IMG/VR virus record: IMGVR_UViG_3300033407_000065 | Span: 1 to 37,988 of that record | Source: a virus | Taxonomy: Duplodnaviria > Caudoviricetes | Length of the DNA stretch: 37,988 nucleotides | Reading direction: 5' to 3' (one strand) | Shown here: one piece after another, positions 32,419-37,988 of the stretch | How the letters are laid out: each line of letters begins with the position of its first letter | Numbering within the stretch: position 1 is the stretch's first letter | The notes under the pieces: model-generated | Told to the model about the DNA's origin: nothing | The model's input: the letters and a program-made list of their open reading frames with translations, nothing else | Databases searched by the model: none | Made by a program: the position numbers and the translations under genes

Positions 32419-34461
32419 TCAGGTGCCGGTGCGGCTGACGCGATCCCCCCCGAGTTCGCGTTCGACATCGTTGAAAGCCGCCCATGCCTTTGTTTTCGGG
32501 AAGCTGCGGTAAAAACTCGCCAATTCCTCGGGAACCTCCCCGCTTCGCTCCAACTCCTTCCAGAGTTTCCACTTCCCCTTGCCGTCCACCGGAATCTGCA
32601 CCTTGGTCGGTGCCGGTGCGGTCATCTCGATCTCCAGACGCTTGCGGGCGGCCTGCACCTCTGCGGCATCAATTTCGATGGGGCGGCGGCCGCCGTTGCG
32701 CTCCAGTTCGACTTCGGCGAGCTTACGCTCCAGGCGCTGGGCACGGCCCTGGGCGCGCTTCTCGGCGGCTTGCTCGACAACCGACTGCGGGAAAAATCCG
32801 CTCTTGTTGGCGCCCAGCTCGGCGATGCAGAGGAGGCGCTCGTGCTCGTCGCGGATCCAGACCTTGGCCGGGTCGTGGACGTCGTAGCCGACGCGGACAT
32901 CGCAGCCGTGCCATTCCTGCAGCTCGCGGCTGAAGTAGACGTTGCCGCTGAAGCGGACCTCGCAGCGATCGACGGTGCGCAGCACCTGGGGATAGTAGGT
33001 GTCGTCGACGCCTTCTGTCGGCACCGGCACCCAGCCCTGCTCGATGAAGCTCATCCAGTATTCGGCGGGGCTGTAATGGCGCTTTGAGCCAGTCACGGGG
33101 TCGCGCAGCTGGGGCAGGCCCTTGTGGGGGCGCTCGGCGTACTCGGCGATGGCGGCTTCGATGAGGCGAACGAAGTCGGCCCATTCGAGAAGAAGTGTTC
33201 GGTCCTTGCGGGTCTGCTTGAAGGCGACTTTGCGGGCATCTTGGTCCATGGGGGCGCCGACATAGGTGGGCAGGTTCTTGGCGGCGCTGACCAGGATGGT
33301 GCGGTGGGCGCGCTCGATGACGCCCCGGGCCTGGCTGTTGTACGGAATACTGGTCTTGTGGGTGATGCCCAGGCGGGCCAGCAAACCGGTGCCTGGCGCT
33401 GTCATGACCTCGTTGCAGTAACCGCTGCCGTTGTCCGTATAGAAGATGGCCGGGATGCCTCGCTTGTCGCAGGCATGGCGCAGGGCGTCGAGGGTGGCCA
33501 GGGTCGATTCGGCGAGCGCGACGCTCCAGCCAACCGGCATGCGGGTGGCCACATCGATGATGAGGGTGACCTCGGGCCGGAAGGGGCCGCCGTGGTGCGG
33601 GTGGGCGACTTCGGCGTCGAAGGTGTGACCGTCGGCGGCATAGATATCGCCGGGAATCAGTTCACTGGTGTCACGGCGGCGGAATCCCTTGATGGTCTTG
33701 ATCTCCTTGGGTCCCATGCGGCCCTTGTTTTTCTGGACTTCGCCGACCTTCTCCAGGAAGCGGCGGGCCTGGCTGTAATTGATATCGACGCCTTCGGCGT
33801 TGAGGGCGCGGACCACTTCGCTCAGCGCGGGCTTCTGGGGCTTGCCCCAGGCTTTGAGCAGTAGCGCTCCCCAGGGGGGCATCTGGGCCCTGGCAGCTTC
33901 ACGGGGCGCCAGGGCGGTGATGCCGACGGTGCGCTGGTCGCGCCAGCGAAACAGGGTGCGGCGGCTCAGGGTCTGCTTGCCCAACTCACCGCCGGAGCGG
34001 GCATTGGCGACGGGTACCAGGCTTTGCAGGTGGGGCGGCAGCTGCCCGGCCTGGGCCAGACTGACCACCTTCTCGACAGCCTTGGTGGTGCCGTGGAGCG
34101 GCTCCAGCTGCTCGATGAGCTGAAGCAGGGCCAGCCGGGCCTCCATGGTGCGGCGCTGCCAGCCTTTGAGTTCGCTCGAAGACGGCAGGACCTGGACGGC
34201 CAGTTCCTTGGTGACGGCTTCGACCTTCTCGGGCAGGTTGCAGACGTTGGCCGGGAGACTGGCGATGGCGGCATCGAGCAGGGCTTCACGGGCTTCTTTG
34301 GGCAGCACGTCCAGGTGGTACTCCCGCCCGCCTCCTTGGCCGTTGCGCTCTCGAAACGGCCAGGCTTCTCGTTTGGCGCGACGAATGACGCCGCTTTCTG
34401 TGCTCGGAAGCTTTGGGGTGCCAGCCAATTCGGCGGCGGTGTACCACTCCTGGGGTGTCAT
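32419..34461 (-). CDS. MuA-like DDE transposase
   Basis: N-terminal Mu HTH (WYTAAELAG...GGGREYH), DGH / YTDNGSGY / GVIER triad, and Mu C-terminal domain (V.VGYD.HD...VW). Confidence 0.96.
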   Translation of the reverse strand: MTPQEWYTAAELAGTPKLPSTESGVIRRAKREAWPFRERNGQGGGREYHLDVLPKEAREALLDAAIASLPANVCNLPEKVEAVTKELAVQVLPSSSELKGWQRRTMEARLALLQLIEQLEPLHGTTKAVEKVVSLAQAGQLPPHLQSLVPVANARSGGELGKQTLSRRTLFRWRDQRTVGITALAPREAARAQMPPWGALLLKAWGKPQKPALSEVVRALNAEGVDINYSQARRFLEKVGEVQKNKGRMGPKEIKTIKGFRRRDTSELIPGDIYAADGHTFDAEVAHPHHGGPFRPEVTLIIDVATRMPVGWSVALAESTLATLDALRHACDKRGIPAIFYTDNGSGYCNEVMTAPGTGLLARLGITHKTSIPYNSQARGVIERAHRTILVSAAKNLPTYVGAPMDQDARKVAFKQTRKDRTLLLEWADFVRLIEAAIAEYAERPHKGLPQLRDPVTGSKRHYSPAEYWMSFIEQGWVPVPTEGVDDTYYPQVLRTVDRCEVRFSGNVYFSRELQEWHGCDVRVGYDVHDPAKVWIRDEHERLLCIAELGANKSGFFPQSVVEQAAEKRAQGRAQRLERKLAEVELERNGGRRPIEIDAAEVQAARKRLEIEMTAPAPTKVQIPVDGKGKWKLWKELERSGEVPEELASFYRSFPKTKAWAAFNDVERELGGDRVSRTGT

Positions 34462-34934
34462 GGGCGGCTCTCCCAGAGCTCGATGCGGCGCTCGATCTCT
34501 TTTTCCTGGGCGGCCAGGGCTTTGCGTTGTTCGGCAAGGCGAGCGCGTTGCACCCTCAAGGCATCGGGGCCTTGCATGGCGAAGAGGCCGATGGACTGAC
34601 CGACCACCTCCAGCAGGCGCCCGCAGCCGGTGACCCGGCAGAAGGCGGCGGCGTACTCCACCGGGAAGCGATGTCCCTCTTTGCTCTCGGCCGTCCAGGC
34701 GTCGAGCATGGCCTTGGAGATTTCGCAGTCGGTCAGGCGGCTCATCCGGGCGGCGATCTCCCAGCGATCCAACCCCGAGGTCTTGATGGACTCGTACAGG
34801 GCCACCCGCACAGCTCGACCCTGATTCAGGCTGCCGGGGGCGTCGGCCGAACCGGCCAATATCTGGTTTTGCGTGTGTTCGATCATCGCAAGAAGACTCA
34901 TCTGATTCGGGTTGTCGATTTTTCGCTTGGCCAT
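34458..34934 (-). CDS. Phage regulatory protein (CII-like HTH family)
   Basis: DRWEIAARMSRLT...ISKAMLDAWTAESKE.HRFP...AAFC, C-terminal coiled coil. Confidence 0.75.
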   Translation of the reverse strand: MAKRKIDNPNQMSLLAMIEHTQNQILAGSADAPGSLNQGRAVRVALYESIKTSGLDRWEIAARMSRLTDCEISKAMLDAWTAESKEGHRFPVEYAAAFCRVTGCGRLLEVVGQSIGLFAMQGPDALRVQRARLAEQRKALAAQEKEIERRIELWESRP

Positions 34935-34977
34935 GGCCCCCTCCTGGACATGATCCGGTCTACAATCCGCCCGAATT

Positions 34978-35307
34978 TTAGCCGTTGCCGACCATCCGCC
35001 CGTCCGCTATCCTTGGGTCCTGGTCGAGGTAGTGGGCTTTCATTCGCTCTCGCAGGATCTGGCTCTCCAGCTCGGCCCTCTCATCGATGGCCCGGGCAAT
35101 GAGCCGACGCAGCGCCCGGGGGCTTGCGGGGCCCCAGAGTTCGGTGGCCTTGCAGCCGAGGAAATCGGCAATCCGCTGCCGGGCATCCGGGCTGGGCCGA
35201 ACGCCTGTGACGACCTTTTGAATGTGGTAGTAATTCAGCCCCGTTGCGGCGGCGATATCGGTTAAATCAATACCTTTGATTTCGAGCAGGCTTTGTAGGT
35301 TGTTCAT
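34978..35307 (-). CDS. Ner/Cro-like HTH protein
   Basis: L..KGI.LTDIAAATG......V..G.R.SP.....IA..LG....ELW. First gene of the early operon. Confidence 0.78.
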   Translation of the reverse strand: MNNLQSLLEIKGIDLTDIAAATGLNYYHIQKVVTGVRPSPDARQRIADFLGCKATELWGPASPRALRRLIARAIDERAELESQILRERMKAHYLDQDPRIADGRMVGNG

Positions 35308-35331
35308 AAGCTCTCCCTTGGGTAGGAGGTT

Positions 35332-35835
35332 GTGGTGGATATTCTGGGCACCGTTAAAAGCGCCTACGACCTGGTCAGAACCATTCAGGCCGATGTCAAA
35401 GACGCCCGGCTACAAAGCGCCATCTCGGAGCTGCTGACGAAGCTTAACGATGTACTCTTTCAACTCGGCGACCTCAGAAGTACGACCTTGAAACTTGAGC
35501 GGGAAAACGAGCAGCTTCGCTTGGAAAACAACCAGATGAAGCAGTGGAACCAAGACAAAGAGCAGTACGTCTTGAAGCAGTTGGGTCCTGGCACATTTGT
35601 ATATGCCGCCAAAGAAGCCGAGCAGACCCCCAGTGAAGCAAAAGACAGCAGCTGCTACCTTTGCCCACACTGTTACGACCGCAGAGAAAAGGTGATCCTT
35701 CAGTTTTCCAGCTTTGGATTTGACGGGACTCATTACGTTTGCCACTCCTGCAAGCTTGAGGTGATTGACCGTAATCAGAAAGCTAAGGCGGAGGCGTTTA
35801 CCGTGCCTCGAAAGACGAGGTGGGACGGATACTGA
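35332..35835 (+). CDS. Coiled-coil plus zinc-ribbon moron protein
   Basis: AGGAGG RBS, N-terminal coiled coil, LCPHCY...ILQ...YVCHSC. Lower GC, opposite strand to the early operon. Confidence 0.8.
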   Translation: MVDILGTVKSAYDLVRTIQADVKDARLQSAISELLTKLNDVLFQLGDLRSTTLKLERENEQLRLENNQMKQWNQDKEQYVLKQLGPGTFVYAAKEAEQTPSEAKDSSCYLCPHCYDRREKVILQFSSFGFDGTHYVCHSCKLEVIDRNQKAKAEAFTVPRKTRWDGY

Positions 35836-35896
35836 GACCTCCTCTTTTTTTTGGCTTTGCGGGTCTACAATGTGCGTACTTTGTTGACTTGGTGAG

Positions 35897-36053
35897 GTCA
35901 GAGTAAATCCACATAATACGCATGTCAACTAAAATAATACGCGTCAGAGTTCCACTTTGTACTCTCCGGCGAGGCTGCATGAAAATTGTCTTTAAAATTG
36001 AATATATACGTCTAAATTGCACGCTTTCTGACGCGTCAGAGTTAGGTCAGAGT
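35897..36053. promoter_or_regulatory. Operator array (four GTCAGAGT direct repeats)
   Basis: Copies at 35897, 35943, 36035 and 36046, with longer shared forms ACGCGTCAGAGTT and GTCAGAGTTCCAC. Confidence 0.7.
35900..35928 (-). promoter_or_regulatory. Early lytic promoter (Pe-like)
   Basis: TTGACA (35928-23), 17-bp spacer, TACTCT (35905-00). The -10 overlaps the first operator repeat. Confidence 0.75.
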
Positions 36054-36058
36054 TCCAC

Positions 36059-36760
36059 ATGAATAACCCTGACCTGTTCCCTGATCGCCTACGCGAAGCA
36101 ATCGGAGCCGAAAGTGTGCGTACTTTTGCATTGAGGTGCGGAATTTCGGAGGGGGCTATTAGAAAATACTTGGCAAGCAGCAGCGAGCCGGGAATGTCGG
36201 CCCTCACAGCCATAGCAAAAGAAGCGGGTGTCACGATCGCTTGGCTCGCCACCGGCGAAGGCCCCATGCGCCACTGCGACAAGGTGGGGTCTGGAACGGT
36301 TGCGGAAGTGGCGAACCATTACGCCTCTGCAAAAGACCTGGAGGCTGAATACAGCCTGGTGCCCCGCTATGATGTGGCCGCAAGCGCCGGACATGGCTCG
36401 ATAATTCACAGCGAGCAGGTTGTGGATCACCTCGCGTTTAAAACGAAATGGCTGCGGGGGGACATGGGCCTGGAGCCCGACAAGCTTGCCCTGATAACGG
36501 CCAAGGGTGACAGCATGGAGCCGACGATCCGCGACCGGGATCTGCTTCTGGTCGATACGCGGGAGAAGCCAGTATCGGACGGGGTTTACGTGTTGAGACT
36601 GGAGGGGAGCCTTATCGCGAAGCGAATTCAGCGCGACCTGCAGGGAGGCTTGATTGTAAGAAGCGACAATCCTGCATATCCTGAGCTGCGAGCGAGCAAA
36701 GACCAGGTTGGACTATTGGAGATAGTTGGCAGGATTGTTTGGACGGGGGGAAGGTTGTAG
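36059..36760 (+). CDS. CI/LexA-type repressor (HTH + S24 peptidase)
   Basis: HTH with WLATGEG, VPRYDVAASAG.G (Ala-Gly site), GDSMEP (Ser) and IAKR (Lys). Confidence 0.93.
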   Translation: MNNPDLFPDRLREAIGAESVRTFALRCGISEGAIRKYLASSSEPGMSALTAIAKEAGVTIAWLATGEGPMRHCDKVGSGTVAEVANHYASAKDLEAEYSLVPRYDVAASAGHGSIIHSEQVVDHLAFKTKWLRGDMGLEPDKLALITAKGDSMEPTIRDRDLLLVDTREKPVSDGVYVLRLEGSLIAKRIQRDLQGGLIVRSDNPAYPELRASKDQVGLLEIVGRIVWTGGRL

Positions 36761-36821
36761 GGTGTTCAATGGTTTTAGGTATTATGGAAACGATACCTAA
36801 AAAAAAGAAATGGAGGGAGCC

Positions 36822-37157
36822 ATGAAAATAACTCTATTAGTCTCAATATTTTTGTTTGCAATATTCCCGGGGCCTTCATTTTCAAAAAGCTTTGGCCCAA
36901 AACACGACAAAGTGGCCAAGCTATTTCAAGGCAATGAAGAACCGAAGGCAAAAGATGCTGTTTGGACTCAAGAAGATATTTTTAAAATAGGCGTCATAGA
37001 TGACGGGACAAACCGAGACGGTTACGCCGAATATGCTTGCGCCGTTCTTTATAAAGAAGGTTTCAAAGGTAAGCGGGTCTGGGTCCAAATTATTGATATC
37101 GTGAAACTAAACAAAATAGGGGAATGGGTAAGGCTTGGCGAAGCCAAATGTAGGTAG
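36822..37157 (+). CDS. Secreted/periplasmic moron protein
   Basis: MKITLLVSIFLFAIFPGPSFS signal peptide, GGAG RBS, AT-rich. Confidence 0.7.
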   Translation: MKITLLVSIFLFAIFPGPSFSKSFGPKHDKVAKLFQGNEEPKAKDAVWTQEDIFKIGVIDDGTNRDGYAEYACAVLYKEGFKGKRVWVQIIDIVKLNKIGEWVRLGEAKCR

Positions 37158-37219
37158 GCAAAACGAGCTGAAAAAAGACTATTCTAGCTATCTAAAATAA
37201 GTGGGGCTGAGGCGCTAAT

Positions 37220-37699
37220 ATGTCTTTTGCTATTCATAGAAAATCTATTCATTGTCCGAACTGCAAATATGAGGGCGCTGCTAAAGTAAAAGGAACTGGA
37301 GGCACCCTTGCCATCGTCGGACTAATCTTGCTAATAGTTGGATTTTTCTTCTTGCCACTATTGATAGCTGCAATTTTACTATTTATAATTGCTACCATAA
37401 AGCCAGCAAAACAAATATGCCCTAAATGCAAATATGAAAACCCCATTCCACTACAACAGTGGAAAAAACAAAATTCCGCAAAATTCGTGTGTCCATTTTG
37501 CGCAGAACTAATTCAAAAAGATGCAATTAAATGCAAGCATTGTGGAAGTGACCTCACAAGCTTAGAAGTTAAAAATAAAATCAAAACAGCTGATAAAAGT
37601 CATATGAATTCACTTGCATACAAAGCAGGTAAATTTTTGAAAAAAATAATAAGCCTAACGCTTACCAGACCCACCCCCGACCGTAAAGCTGTCCGTTAA
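37220..37699 (+). CDS. Membrane protein with LITAF-like and double zinc-ribbon motifs
   Basis: CPNC - hydrophobic hairpin - CPKC, then CPFCAE.I..DAIKCKHCG. Very AT-rich. Confidence 0.75.
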   Translation: MSFAIHRKSIHCPNCKYEGAAKVKGTGGTLAIVGLILLIVGFFFLPLLIAAILLFIIATIKPAKQICPKCKYENPIPLQQWKKQNSAKFVCPFCAELIQKDAIKCKHCGSDLTSLEVKNKIKTADKSHMNSLAYKAGKFLKKIISLTLTRPTPDRKAVR

Positions 37700-37711
37700 A
37701 ACAAATTCGCG

Positions 37712-37893
37712 GTGCCAAACCAAGCGCAAAAAAGGCCCGGATTTCTCTGGGCCTCTTATTTTGGTGCCAAACCGACCGCAACAGCGAGCGATTTTAAATT
37801 TCCATCTAACCCCGCACAAATTCAATGATTCCCGCCGCCGCCCGCAGAATCCCACCCATTCCCGGTTGGTGCCATACCTTCTGCTAACTCACA
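37712..37893 (-). repeat. Phage end (Mu attL-equivalent) with three putative transposase-binding sites
   Basis: GTGCCAAA at 37712 and 37764, GTGCCATA at 37869. The terminal site lies within the last 25 bp, exactly as at the other end. Confidence 0.8.
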
Positions 37894-37986
37894 CTTGCGC
37901 AGCTCCCCGACGCTGGAGCAGGGCAGGGCGACGCCGTTCTTCTGCGCCAGGGCGAACATCATTTCCGGCTCCAGCGTGCCCTCGAT
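37894..37986 (-). pseudogene. add: Host adenosine/adenine deaminase 5' fragment, interrupted by the phage end
   Basis: Translates to IEGTLEPEMMFALAQKNGVALPCSSVGELRK, matching the HxHIEGTLEPE N-terminal signature. Confidence 0.85.
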
Positions 37987-37988
37987 GT

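Larger units (their letters stand above)
71..37893 (-). mobile_element. Complete Mu-like transposable phage/prophage with sipho-type tail
   Basis: Ends read TGTAAGGCGGC (71) and, in reverse complement, TGTGAGTTAGC (37893). Inverted TTTGGCAC/GTGCCAAA repeats at both ends, MuA/MuB, Mu-type head genes, and host gene similarity breaking exactly at both ends. Confidence 0.95.

Noticed and set aside
35410-35928. 172-aa - strand ORF downstream of the early promoter
   Set aside because: Its TTG start is the -35 box itself, it has no RBS, and it is antisense to a protein with clear zinc-ribbon motifs.
35897-36053. Repeat cluster as a mini-CRISPR array
   Set aside because: Repeats are only 8-13 bp, irregularly spaced, and overlap a promoter. 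No cas genes are present. Better explained as operators.
37905-37911. CCCCGAC in the right flank matching the bases just before the left phage end, as a possible target-site duplication
   Set aside because: It is not adjacent to the terminal CA (37893), lies inside continuous deaminase coding sequence, and the YbhB frame does not resume after it.

Overview
The window is an essentially complete Mu-like (transposable) phage genome of about 37.8 kb (71..37893, TGT...ACA termini, three putative transposase-binding repeats at each end), oriented with the repressor end on the right. Almost all genes are on the - strand. Reading from the right: AT-rich morons, a LexA/CI-type S24 repressor with operator repeats, a Ner-like HTH, MuA, MuB, a semi-essential region, an HTH regulator, a lysis cassette, Mu-type head genes, a non-contractile (sipho-type) tail module, and a D12-class DNA adenine methylase at the mom position. 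The short host flanks are fragments of two different genes (YbhB/YbcL family on the left, adenosine/adenine deaminase on the right) with no target-site duplication. Several notable elements are absent from the ORF track: a 50-aa stand-alone peptide resembling the glycyl-radical C-terminus of class III ribonucleotide reductase, a type II hammerhead ribozyme, a cloverleaf RNA at the 3' end of a MuF-nuclease fusion gene, an antisense structured sRNA over the methylase leader, and a -1 frameshift tail chaperone. The major capsid protein also carries an unusual hydrophobic N-terminal leader. All protein family calls come from motif recognition and gene order, not from database searches.
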